A stretch of DNA of 64,000 bases, taken from assembly GCA_964016885.1 (NCBI GenBank), contig OZ024740.1, positions 137,020,001 through 137,084,000 on the forward strand, read 5' to 3'. Below, piece by piece: positions 41,100 through 54,749 of this stretch. The position numbers and the translations under genes are program-made. This stretch comes from Eledone cirrhosa (Eukaryota). A model generated the notes under the pieces. The model was not told the DNA's origin and searched no databases. It worked only from the letters and a program-made list of their open reading frames with translations. Numbering within the stretch: the first letter of the stretch is position 1; every line of letters starts with the position of its first letter.

Positions 41100-44000
41100 T
41101 TCTCTTATCACTTTTCCCATAATCTCCAATTCTCTCTTTCTCTTATCACTTTTCTCTCAATCTCCAATTCTCTCTTTCTCTTATCACTTTTCCCTCAATC
41201 TCCAATTCTCTCTTTCTCTTATCACTTTTCTCTCAATCTCCAATTCTCTCTTTCTCTTATCACTTTTCTCTCAATCAACAATTTTCTCTTTCTCTTATCA
41301 CTTTTCTCTCAATCTCCAATTCTCTCTTTCTCTTATCACTTTTCTCTCAATCTGCAATTCTCTCTTTCTCTTATCACTTTTCTCTCAATCTCCAATTCTC
41401 TTTTTCTCTTCTCACTTTTCCCCTAATCTCCAATTCTCTCTTTCTCTTATCACTTTTCTCTCAATCTCCAATTCTCTCTTTCTCTTATCACTTTTCTCTC
41501 AATCTCCAATTCTCTCTTTCTCTTATCCATTTTCTCTCAATCTGCAATTCTCTCTTTCTGTTCTCACTTTTCCCCTAATCTGCAATTCTCTCTTTCTCTT
41601 ATCACTTTTCTCTCAATCTACAATTCTCTCTTTCTCTTATCACTTTTCTCTCAATCTCCAATTCTCTCTTTCCCTTATCCATTTTCTCTCAATCTGCAAT
41701 TCTCTCTTTCTTTTCTCACTTTTCCCCCAATCTCCAATTCTCTCTTTCTCTTCACACTTTTCCCCCAATCTCCAATTCTCTCTTTCTCTTATCACTTTTC
41801 TCTCAATCTCCAATTTTCTCTTTCTCTTCTCACTTCTCTATCAATCTCCAATTCTCTCTTTCTCTTATCACTTTTCTCTCAATCTCCAATCCTATCTTTC
41901 TCTTATCACTTTTCTCTCAATCACTTTTCTCTCAATCTCCAATTCTCTCTTTCTCTTATCACTTTTCTCTCAATCTCCAATTCTCTCTTTCTCTTATCAC
42001 TTTTCCCTCAATCTCCAATTCTCTCTTTCTCTTATCACTTTCCTCTCAATCTCCAATTCTTTCTTTCTCTTCTCACTTTTCCCCCAATCTCCAATTCTCT
42101 CTTTCTCTTCTCACTTTTCTCTCAATCTCCAATTCTCTCTTTCTCTTATCACTTTTCTCTCAATCTCCAACTCTCTCTTTCTCTTATCCCCTTTCTCTCA
42201 ATCTCCAATTATCTCTTTCTCTTATCACTTTTCTCTCAATCTCCAATTCTCTCTTTCTCTTCTCACTTTTCGCCCAATCTCCAATTCTCTTTTTCTCTTT
42301 ACACTTTTACCCAACCTCCAATTCTCTCTTTCTCTTATCACTTTTCTCTCAATCAACAATTTTCTCTTTCTCTTATCACTTTTCTCTCAATCTCCAATTC
42401 TCTCTTTCTCTTATCACTTTTCTCTCAATCTGCAATTCTCTCTTTCTCTTATCACTTTTCTCTCAATCTCCAATTCTCTTTTTCTCTTCTCACTTTTCCC
42501 CTAATCTCCAATTCTCTCTTTCTCTTATCACTTTTCTCTCAATCTCCAATTCTCTCTTTCTCTCATCACTTTTCTCTCAATCTCCAATTCTCTCTTTCTC
42601 TTATCACTTTTCTCTCAATCTACAATTCTCTCTTTCTCTTATCCATTTTCTCTCAATCTGCAATTCTCTCTTTCTGTTCTCACTTTTCCCCTAATCTCCA
42701 ATTCTCTCTTTCTCTTATCACTTTTCCCATAATCTCCAATTCTCTCTTTCTCTTATCACTTTTCTCTCAATCTCCAATTCTCTCTTTCTCTTATCACTTT
42801 TCCCTCAATCTCCAATTCTCTCTTTCTCTTATCACTTTTCTCTCAATCTCCAATTCTCTCTTTCTCTTATCACTTTTCTCTCAATCAACAATTTTCTCTT
42901 TCTCTTATCACTTTTCTCTCAATCTCCAATTCTCTCTTTCTCTTATCACTTTTCTCTCAATCTGCAATTCTCTCTTTCTCTTATCACTTTTCTCTCAATC
43001 TCCAATTCTCTTTTTCTCTTCTCACTTTTCCCCTAATCTCCAATTCTCTCTTTCTCTTATCACTTTTCTCTCAATCTCCAATTCTCTCTTTCTCTTATCA
43101 CTTTTCTCTCAATCTCCAATTCTCTCTTTCTCTTATCCATTTTCTCTCAATCTGCAATTCTCTCTTTCTGTTCTCACTTTTCCCCTAATCTGCAATTCTC
43201 TCTTTCTCTTATCACTTTTCTCTCAATCTACAATTCTCTCTTTCTCTTATCACTTTTCTCTCAATCTCCAATTCTCTCTTTCCCTTATCCATTTTCTCTC
43301 AATCTGCAATTCTCTCTTTCTTTTCTCACTTTTCCCCCAATCTCCAATTCTCTCTTTCTCTTCACACTTTTCCCCCAATCTCCAATTCTCTCTTTCTCTT
43401 ATCACTTTTCTCTCAATCTCCAATTTTCTCTTTCTCTTCTCACTTCTCTATCAATCTCCAATTCTCTCTTTCTCTTATCACTTTTCTCTCAATCTCCAAT
43501 CCTATCTTTCTCTTATCACTTTTCTCTCAATCACTTTTCTCTCAATCTCCAATTCTCTCTTTCTCTTATCACTTTTCTCTCAATCTCCAATTCTCTCTTT
43601 CTCTTATCACTTTTCCCTCAATCTCCAATTCTCTCTTTCTCTTATCACTTTCCTCTCAACCTCCAATTCTTTCTTTCTCTTCACACTTTTCCCCCAATCT
43701 CCAATTCTCTCTTTCTCTTCTCACTTTTCTCTCAATCTCCAATTCTCTCTTTCTCTTATCACTTTTCTCTCAATCTCCAACTCTCTCTTTCTCTTATCCC
43801 CTTTCTCTCAATCTCCAATTATCTCTTTCTCTTATCACTTTTCTCTCAATCTCCAATTCTCTCTTTCTCTTCTCACTTTTCGCCCAATCTCCAATTCTCT
43901 TTTTCTCTTTACACTTTTACCCAACCTCCAATTCTCTCTTTCTCTTATCACTTTTCTCTCAATCAACAATTTTCTCTTTCTCTTATCACTTTTCTCTCAA

Positions 44001-44330
44001 TCTCCAATTCTCTCTTTCTCTTATCACTTTTCTCTCAATCTGCAATTCTCTCTTTCTCTTATCACTTTTCTCTCAATCTCCAATTCTCTTTTTCTCTTCT
44101 CACTTTTCCCCTAATCTCCAATTCTCTCTTTCTCTTATCACTTTTCTCTCAATCTCCAATTCTCTCTTTCTCTCATCACTTTTCTCTCAATCTCCAATTC
44201 TCTCTTTCTCTTATCACTTTTCTCTCAATCTACAATTCTCTCTTTCTCTTATCCATTTTCTCTCAATCTGCAATTCTCTCTTTCTGTTCTCACTTTTCCC
44301 CTAATCTCCAATTCTCTCTTTCTCTTATCA
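41100..44330 (+). repeat. Tandem duplication, 1610-bp offset
   Basis: CACTTCTCTATCAAT at 41831/43441 and CGCCC at 42271/43881. 1610 = 42x38 + 15 - 1 (one 15-bp monomer and one 37-bp monomer). Confidence 0.9.
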
Positions 44331-46979
44331 CTTTTCTCTCAATCTCCAATTCTCTCTTTCTCTTATCACTTTTCTCTCAATCTCCAATTCTCTCTTTCTC
44401 TTATCACTTTTCTCTCAATCTCCAATTCTCTCTTTCTCTTATCACTTTTCTCTCAATCTCCAATTCTCTCTTTCCCTTATCCATTTTCTCTCAATCTGCA
44501 ATTCTCTCTTTCTTTTCTCACTTTTCCCCCAATCTCCAATTCTCTCTTTCTGTTCACACTTTTCCCCCAATCTCCAATTCTCTCTTTCTCTTATCACTTT
44601 TCTCTCAATCTCCAATTTTCTCTTTCTCTTCTCACTTCTCTCTCAATCTCCAATTCTCTCTTTCTCTTATCACTTTTCTCTCAATCTCCAATCCCATCTT
44701 TCTCTTATCACTTTTCTCTCAATCACTTTTCTCTCAATCTCCAATTCTCTCTTTCTCTTATCACTTTTCTCTCAATCTCCAATTCTCTCTTTCTCTTATC
44801 ACTTTTCTCTCAATCTCCAATTCTCTCTTTCTCTTATCACTTTCCTCTCAATCTCCAATTCTTTCTTTCTCTTCACACTTTTCCCCCAATCTCCAATTCT
44901 CTCTTTCTCTTCACACTTTTCCCCCAATCTCCAATTCTCTCTTTCTCTTCTCAGTTTCCTCTCAATCTCCAATTCTCTCTTTCTCTTATCACTTTTCTCT
45001 CAATCTCCAATTCTCTCTTTCTCATATCACTTTTCTCTCAAACTCCAATATTCTCTTTCTCTCATCACTTTTCTCTCAATCTCCAATTCTCTCTTTCTCT
45101 CATGACTTTTCTCTCAATCTCCAACTATCTCTTTCTCTTATCCCCTTTCTCTCAATCTCCAATTATCTCTTTCTCTTATCACTTTTCTCTCAATCTCCAA
45201 TTCTCTCTTTCTCTTCTCACTTTTCGCCCAATCTCCAATTCTCTTTTTCTCTTTACACTTTTACCCAACCTCAAATTCTCTCTTTCTCTTATCACTTTTC
45301 TCTCAATCTCCAATTCTCTCTTTCCCTTCTCACTTTTCTCTCAATCTCCAATTCTCTATTTCTCTTCTCACTTTTCTCTCAATCTCCCATTCTCTCTCTC
45401 TCTTATCACTTTTCTCTCAATCACCAATTCTCTCTTTCTCTTATCACTTTTCTCATAATCTCCAATTCTCTCTTTCTCTTATCACTTTTCTCTCAATCTC
45501 CAATTCTCTCTTTCTCTTATCACTTTTCTGCCAATCTCCAATTCTCTCTTTCTCTTATCACTTTTCTCTCAATCTCCAATCCTATCTTTCTCTTATCACT
45601 TTTCTCTCAATCACTTTTCTCTCAATCTCCAATTCTCTCTTTCTCTTATCACTTTTCTCTCAATCTCCAATTCTCTCTTTCTCTTATCACTTTTCTCTCA
45701 ATCTCCAATTCTCTCTTTCTCTTATCACTTTCCTCTCAATCTCCAATTCTTTCTTTCTCTTCACACTTTTCCCCCAATCTCCAATTCTCTCTTTCTCTTC
45801 ACACTTTCCCCCAATCTCCAATTCTCTCTTTCTCTTCTCACTTTTCTCTCAATCTCCAATTCTCTCTTTCTCTTATCACTTTTCTCTCAATCTCCAATTC
45901 TCTCTTTCTCATATCACTTTTCTCGCAAACTCCAATATTCTCTTTCTCTCATCACTTTTCTCTCAATCTCCAATTCTCTCTTTCTCTTATCACTTTTCTC
46001 TCAATCTCCAACTATCTCTTTCTCTTATCCCCTTTCTCTCAATCTCCAACTATCTCTTTCTCTTATCACTTTTCTCTCAATCTCCAATTCTCTCTTTCTC
46101 TTCTCACTTTTCGCCCAATCTCCAATTCTCTTTTTCTCTTTACACTTTTACACAACCTCAAATTCTCTCTTTCTCTTATCACTTTTCTCTCAATCTCCAA
46201 TTCTCTCTTTCCCTTCTCACTTTTCTCTCAATCTCCAATTCTCTCTTTCTCTTCTCACTTTTCTCTCAATCTCCCATTCTCTCTCTCTCTTATCACTTTT
46301 CTCTCAATCACCAATTCTCTCTTTCTCTTATCACTTTTCTCATAATCTCCAATTCTCTCTTTCTCTTATCACTTTTCTCTCAATCTCCAATTCTCTCTTT
46401 CTCTTATCACTTGTCCCCCAATCTACAATTCTCTCTTTCTCTTATCACTTTTCTCTCAATATCCAATTCTCTCTTTCTCTTATCACTTTTCCCATAATCT
46501 CCAATTCTCTCTTTCTCTTATCACTTTTCTCTCAATCTCCAATTCTCTCTTTCTCTTATCACTTTTCTGCCAATCTTCAATTCTCTCTTTCTCTTATCAC
46601 TTTTCTCTCAATCTCCAATTCTCTCTTTCTCTTATCACTTTTCTCTCAATCTCCAATTCTCTCTTTCTCTTATCACTTTTCCCTCAATCTCCAATTCTCT
46701 CTTTCTCTTATCACTTTTCTCTCAATCTCCAATTCTCTCTTTCTCTTATCACTTTTCTCTCAATCAACAATTTTCTCTTTCTCTTATCACTTTTCTCTCA
46801 ATCTCCAATTCTCTCTTTCTCTTATCACTTTTCTCTCAATCTGCAATTCTCTCTTTCTCTTATCACTTTTCTCTCAATCTCCAATTCTCTTTTTCTCTTC
46901 TCACTTTTCCCCTAATCTCCAATTCTCTCTTTCTCTTATCACTTTTCTCTCAATCTCCAATTCTCTCTTTCTCTTATCA

Positions 46980-49900
46980 CTTTTCTCTCAATCTCCAATT
47001 CTCTCTTTCTCTTATCCATTTTCTCTCAATCTGCAATTCTCTCTTTCTGTTCTCACTTTTCCCCTAATCTGCAATTCTCTCTTTCTCTTATCACTTTTCT
47101 CTCAATCTCCAATTCTCTCTTTCTCTTATCACTTTTCTCTCAATCTCCAATTCTCTCTTTCTCTTATCACTTTTCTCTCAATCTCCAATTCTCTCTTTCT
47201 CTTATCACTTTTCTCTCAATCTCCAATTCTCTCTTTCCTTTATCCATTTTCTCTCAATCTGCAATTCTCTCTTTCTTTTCTCACTTTTCCCCCAATCTCC
47301 AATTCTCTCTTTCTCTTCACACTTTTCCCCCAATCTCCAATTCTCTCTTTCTCTTATCACTTTTCTCTCAATCTCCAATTTTCTCTTTCTCTTCTCACTT
47401 CTCTCTCAATCTCCAAATCTCTCTTTCTCTTATCACTTTTCTCTCAATCTCCAATCCTATCTTTCTCTTATCACTTTTCTCTCAATCACTTTTCTCTCAA
47501 TCTCCAATTCTCTCTTTCTCTTATCACTTTTCTCTCAATCTCCAATTCTCTCTTTCTCTTATCACTTTTCTCTCAATCTCCAATTCTCTCTTTCTCTTAT
47601 CACTTTCCTCTCAATCTCCAATTCTTTCATTCTCTTCACACTTTTCCCCCAATCTCCAATTCTCTCTTTCTCTTCTCACTTTTCTCTCAATCTCCAATTC
47701 TCTCTTTCTCTTATCACTTTTCTCTCAATCTCCAATTCTCTCTTTCTCATATCACTTTTCTCTTAAACTCCAATATTCTCTTTCTCTCATCACTTTTCTC
47801 TCAATCTCCAATTCTCTCTTTCTCTTATCACTTTTCTCTCAATCTCCAACTCTCTCTTTCTCTTATCCCCTTTCTCTCAATCTCCAATTATCTCTTTCTC
47901 TTATCACTTTTCTCTCAATCTCCAATTCTCTCTTTCTCTTCTCACTTTTCGCCCAACCTCCAATTCTCTCTTTCTCTTATCACTTTTCTCTCAATCTCCA
48001 ATTCTCTCTTTCACTTATCACTTTTCTCTCAATCTCCAATTCTCTCTTTCTCTTATCACTTTTCTCTCAATCAACAATTTTCTCTTTCTCTTATCACTTT
48101 TCTCTCAATCTCCAATTCTCTCTTTCTCTTATCACTTTTCTGCCAATCTCCAATTCTCTCTTTCTCTTATCACTTTTCTCTCAATCTCCAATTCTCTCTT
48201 TCTCTTATCACTTTTCCCATAATCTCCAATTCTCTCTTTCTCTTATCACTTTTCTCTCAATCTGCAATTCTCTCTTTCTCTTATCACTTTTCTGCCAATC
48301 TCCAATTCTCTCTTTCTCTTATCACTTTTCTCTCAATCTCCAATTCTCTCTTTCTCTTATCACTTTTCTCATAATCTCCAATTCTCTCTTTCTCTTATCA
48401 CTTTTCTCTCAATCTCCAATTCTCTCTTTCTCTTATCACTTTTCTGCCAATCTCCAATTCTCTCTTTCTCTTATCACTTTTCTCTCAATCTCCAATTCTA
48501 TCTTTCTCTTATCACTTTTCTCTCAATCACTTTTCTCTCAATCTCCAATTCTCTCTTTCTCTTATCACTTTTCTCTCAATCTCCAATTCTCTCTTTCTCT
48601 TATCACTTTTCTCTCAATCTCCAATTCTCTCTTTCTCTTATCACTTTCCTCTCAATCTCCAATTCTTTCTTTCTCTTCACACTTTTCCCCCAATCTCCAA
48701 TTCTCTCTTTCTCTTCACACTTTCCCCCAATCTCCAATTCTCTCTTTCTCTTCTCACTTTTCTCTCAATCTCCAATTCTCTCTTTCTCTTATCACTTTTC
48801 TCTCAATCTCCAATTCTCTCTTTCTCATATCACTTTTCTCGCAAACTCCAATATTCTCTTTCTCTCATCACTTTTCTCTCAATCTCCAATTCTCTCTTTC
48901 TCTTATCACTTTTCTCTCAATCTCCAACTATCTCTTTCTCTTATCCCCTTTCTCTCAATCTCCAATTATCTCTTTCTCTTATCACTTTTCTCTCAATCTC
49001 CAATTCTCTCTTTCTCTTCTCACTTTTCGCCCAATCTCCAATTCTCTTTTTCTCTTTACACTTTTACACAACCTCAAATTCTCTCTTTCTCTTATCACTT
49101 TTCTCTCAATCTCCAATTCTCTCTTTCCCTTCTCACTTTTCTCTCAATCTCCAATTCTCTCTTTCTCTTCTGACTTTTCTCTCAATCTCCCATTCTCTCT
49201 CTCTCTTATCACTTTTCTCTCAATCACCAATTCTCTCTTTCTCTTATCACTTTTCTCATAATCTCCAATTCTCTCTTTCTCTTATCACTTTTCTCTCAAT
49301 CTCCAATTCTCTCTTTCTCTTATCACTTTTCTGCCAATCTCCAATTCTCTCTTTCTCTTATCACTTTTCTCTCAATCTCCAATTCTCTCTTTCTCTTATC
49401 ACTTTTCCCATAATCTCCAATTCTCTATTTCTCTTCTCACTTTTCTCTCAATCTCCAATTCTCTCTTTCTCTTATCACTTTTCTGCCAATCTCCAATTCT
49501 CTCTTTCTCTTATCACTTTTCTCTCAATCTCCAATTCTCTCTTTCTCTTATCACTTTTCTCTCAATCTCCAATTCTCTCTTTCTCTTATCACTTTTCTCT
49601 CAATCTCTAATTCTCTCTTTCTCTTATCATTTTTCTCTCAATCTCCAATTCTCTCTTTCTCTTATCACTTTTCTCTCAATCATCAATTTTCTCTTTCTCT
49701 TATCACTTTTCCCCCAATCTCCAATTCTCTCTTTCTCTTCTCACTTTTCCCACTATCTCCAATTCTCTTTTTCTCTTATCACTTTTCTCTCAATCTCCAA
49801 TTCTCTCTTTCTCTTATCCATTTTCTCTCAATCTGCAATTCTCTCTTTCTGTTCTCACTTTTCCCCTAATCTGCAATTCTCTCTTTCTCTTATCACTTTT

Positions 49901-52580
49901 CTCTCAATCTCCAATTCTCTCTTTCTCTTATCACTTTTCTCTCAATCTCCAATTCTCTCTTTCTCTTATCACTTTTCTCTCAATCTCCAATTCTCTCTTT
50001 CTCTTATCACTTTTCTCTCAATCTCCAATTCTCTCTTTCCTTTATCCATTTTCTCTCAATCTGCAATTCTCTCTTTCTTTTCTCACTTTTCCCCCAATCT
50101 CCAATTCTCTCTTTCTCTTCACACTTTTCCCCCAATCTCCAATTCTCTCTTTCTCTTATCACTTTTCTCTCAATCTCCAATTTTCTCTTTCTCTTCTCAC
50201 TTCTCTCTCAATCTCCAAATCTCTCTTTCTCTTATCACTTTTCTCTCAATCTCCAATCCTATCTTTCTCTTATCACTTTTCTCTCAATCACTTTTCTCTC
50301 AATCTCCAATTCTCTCTTTCTCTTATCACTTTTCTCTCAATCTCCAATTCTCTCTTTCTCTTATCACTTTTCTCTCAATCTCCAATTCTCTCTTTCTCTT
50401 ATCACTTTCCTCTCAATCTCCAATTCTTTCATTCTCTTCACACTTTTCCCCCAATCTCCAATTCTCTCTTTCTCTTCTCACTTTTCTCTCAATCTCCAAT
50501 TCTCTCTTTCTCTTATCACTTTTCTCTCAATCTCCAATTCTCTCTTTCTCATATCACTTTTCTCTTAAACTCCAATATTCTCTTTCTCTCATCACTTTTC
50601 TCTCAATCTCCAATTCTCTCTTTCTCTTATCACTTTTCTCTCAATCTCCAACTCTCTCTTTCTCTTATCCCCTTTCTCTCAATCTCCAATTATCTCTTTC
50701 TCTTATCACTTTTCTCTCAATCTCCAATTCTCTCTTTCTCTTCTCACTTTTCGCCCAACCTCCAATTCTCTCTTTCTCTTATCACTTTTCTCTCAATCTC
50801 CAATTCTCTCTTTCACTTATCACTTTTCTCTCAATCTCCAATTCTCTCTTTCTCTTATCACTTTTCTCTCAATCAACAATTTTCTCTTTCTCTTATCACT
50901 TTTCTCTCAATCTCCAATTCTCTCTTTCTCTTATCACTTTTCTGCCAATCTCCAATTCTCTCTTTCTCTTATCACTTTTCTCTCAATCTCCAATTCTCTC
51001 TTTCTCTTATCACTTTTCCCATAATCTCCAATTCTCTCTTTCTCTTATCACTTTTCTCTCAATCTGCAATTCTCTCTTTCTCTTATCACTTTTCTGCCAA
51101 TCTCCAATTCTCTCTTTCTCTTATCACTTTTCTCTCAATCTCCAATTCTCTCTTTCTCTTATCACTTTTCTCATAATCTCCAATTCTCTCTTTCTCTTAT
51201 CACTTTTCTCTCAATCTCCAATTCTCTCTTTCTCTTATCACTTTTCTGCCAATCTCCAATTCTCTCTTTCTCTTATCACTTTTCTCTCAATCTCCAATTC
51301 TATCTTTCTCTTATCACTTTTCTCTCAATCACTTTTCTCTCAATCTCCAATTCTCTCTTTCTCTTATCACTTTTCTCTCAATCTCCAATTCTCTCTTTCT
51401 CTTATCACTTTTCTCTCAATCTCCAATTCTCTCTTTCTCTTATCACTTTCCTCTCAATCTCCAATTCTTTCTTTCTCTTCACACTTTTCCCCCAATCTCC
51501 AATTCTCTCTTTCTCTTCACACTTTCCCCCAATCTCCAATTCTCTCTTTCTCTTCTCACTTTTCTCTCAATCTCCAATTCTCTCTTTCTCTTATCACTTT
51601 TCTCTCAATCTCCAATTCTCTCTTTCTCATATCACTTTTCTCGCAAACTCCAATATTCTCTTTCTCTCATCACTTTTCTCTCAATCTCCAATTCTCTCTT
51701 TCTCTTATCACTTTTCTCTCAATCTCCAACTATCTCTTTCTCTTATCCCCTTTCTCTCAATCTCCAATTATCTCTTTCTCTTATCACTTTTCTCTCAATC
51801 TCCAATTCTCTCTTTCTCTTCTCACTTTTCGCCCAATCTCCAATTCTCTTTTTCTCTTTACACTTTTACACAACCTCAAATTCTCTCTTTCTCTTATCAC
51901 TTTTCTCTCAATCTCCAATTCTCTCTTTCCCTTCTCACTTTTCTCTCAATCTCCAATTCTCTCTTTCTCTTCTCACTTTTCTCTCAATCTCCCATTCTCT
52001 CTCTCTCTTATCACTTTTCTCTCAATCACCAATTCTCTCTTTCTCTTATCACTTTTCTCATAATCTCCAATTCTCTCTTTCTCTTATCACTTTTCTCTCA
52101 ATCTCCAATTCTCTCTTTCTCTTATCACTTTTCTGCCAATCTCCAATTCTCTCTTTCTCTTATCACTTTTCTCTCAATCTCCAATTCTCTCTTTCTCTTA
52201 TCACTTTTCCCATAATCTCCAATTCTCTATTTCTCTTCTCACTTTTCTCTCAATCTCCAATTCTCTCTTTCTCTTATCACTTTTCTGCCAATCTCCAATT
52301 CTCTCTTTCTCTTATCACTTTTCTCTCAATCTCCAATTCTCTCTTTCTCTTATCACTTTTCTCTCAATCTCCAATTCTCTCTTTCTCTTATCACTTTTCT
52401 CTCAATCTCTAATTCTCTCTTTCTCTTATCATTTTTCTCTCAATCTCCAATTCTCTCTTTCTCTTATCACTTTTCTCTCAATCATCAATTTTCTCTTTCT
52501 CTTATCACTTTTCCCCCAATCTCCAATTCTCTCTTTCTCTTCTCACTTTTCCCACTATCTCCAATTCTCTTTTTCTCTTT
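46980..52580 (+). repeat. Tandem duplication, 2802-bp offset
   Basis: CGCCC at 47950/50752 and 49028/51830. Shared private variants CTTTCATTC, CTTAAACTC, AATCATCAAT and CCCACTAT. Confidence 0.9.
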
Positions 52581-54749
52581 ACACTTTTCCCTAACCTCCA
52601 ATTCTCTCTTTCTCTTATCACTTTTCTCTCAATCTCCAATTCTCTCTTTCCCTTCTCACTTTTCTCTCAATCTCCAATTCTCTCTTTCTCTTCTCACTTT
52701 TCTCTCAATCTCCCATTCTCTCTCTCTCTTATCACTTTTCTCTCAATCACCAATTATCTCTTTCTCTTATCACTTTTCTCATAATCTCCAAATCTCTCTT
52801 TCTCTTATCACTTTTCTCTCAATCTCCAATTCTCTCTTTCTCTTATCACTTGTCCCCCAATCTACAATTCTCTCCTTCTCTTATCACTTTTCTCTCAATA
52901 TCCAATTCTCTCTTTCTCTTATCACTTTTCCCATAATCTCCAATTCTCTCTTTCTCTTATCACTTTTCTCTCAATCTCCAATTCTCTCTTTCTCTTATCA
53001 CTTTTCTGCCAATCTTCAATTCTCTCTTTCTCTTATCACTTTTCTCTCAATCTCCAATTCTCTCTTTCTCTTATCACTTTTCTCTCAATCTCCAATTCTC
53101 TCTTTCTCTTATCACTTTTCCCTCAATCTCCAATTCTCTCTTTCTCTTATCACTTTTCTCTCAATCTCCAATTCTCTCTTTCTCTTATCACTTTTCTCTC
53201 AATCAACAATTTTCTCTTTCTCTTATCACTTTTCTCTCAATCTCCAATTCTCTCTTTCTCTTATCACTTTTCTCTCAATCTGCAATTCTCTCTTTCTCTT
53301 ATCACTTTTCTCTCAATCTCCAATTCTCTTTTTCTCTTCTCACTTTTCCCCTAATCTCCAATTCTCTCTTTCTCTTATCACTTTTCTCTCAATCTCCAAT
53401 TCTCTCTTTCTCTTATCACTTTTCTCTCAATCTCCAATTCTCTCTTTCTCTTATCCATTTTCTCTCAATCTGCAATTCTCTCTTTCTGTTCTCACTTTTC
53501 CCCTAATCTGCAATTCTCTCTTTCTCTTATCACTTTTCTCTCAATCTCCAATTCTCTCTTTCTCTTATCACTTTTCTCTCAATCTCCAATTCTCTCTTTC
53601 TCTTATCACTTTTCTCTCAATCTCCAATTCTCTCTTTCTCTTATCACTTTTCTCTCAATCTCCAATTCTCTCTTTCCTTTATCCATTTTCTCTCAATCTG
53701 CAATTCTCTCTTTCTTTTCTCACTTTTCCCCCAATCTCCAATTCTCTCTTTCTCTTCACACTTTTCCCCCAATCTCCAATTCTCTCTTTCTCTTATCACT
53801 TTTCTCTCAATCTCCAATTTTCTCTTTCTCTTCTCACTTCTCTCTCAATCTCCAAATCTCTCTTTCTCTTATCACTTTTCTCTCAATCTCCAATCCTATC
53901 TTTCTCTTATCACTTTTCTCTCAATCACTTTTCTCTCAATCTCCAATTCTCTCTTTCTCTTATCACTTTTCTCTCAATCTCCAATTCTCTCTTTCTCTTA
54001 TCACTTTCCTCTCAATCTCCAATTCTTTCATTCTCTTCACACTTTCCCCCAATCTCCAATTCTCTCTTTCTCTTCTCACTTTTCTCTCAATCTCCAATTC
54101 TCTCTTTCTCTTATCACTTTTCTCTCAATCTCCAATTCTCTCTTTCTCATATCACTTTTCTCTCAAACTCCAATATTCTCTTTCTCTCATCACTTTTCTC
54201 TCAATCTCCAATTCTCTCTTTCTCTTATCACTTTTCTCTCAATCTCCAACTCTCTCTTTCTCTTATCCCCTTTCTCTCAATCTCCAATTATCTCTTTCTC
54301 TTATCACTTTTCTCTCAATCTCCAATTCTCTCTTTCTCTTCTCACTTTTCGCCCAACCTCCAATTCTCTCTTTCTCTTATCACTTTTCTCTCAATCTCCA
54401 ATTCTCTCTTTCACTTATCACTTTTCTCTCAATCTCCAATTCTCTCTTTCTCTTATCACTTTTCTCTCAATCAACAATTTTCTCTTTCTCTTATCACTTT
54501 TCTCTCAATCTCCAATTCTCTCTTTCTCTTATCACTTTTCTGCCAATCTCCAATTCTCTCTTTCTCTTATCACTTTTCTCTCAATCTCCAATTCTCTCTT
54601 TCTCTTATCACTTTTCCCATAATCTCCAATTCTCTCTTTCTCTTATCACTTTTCTCTCAATCTGCAATTCTCTCTTTCTCTTATCACTTTTCTGCCAATC
54701 TCCAATTCTCTCTTTCTCTTATCACTTTTCTCTCAATCTCCAATTCTCT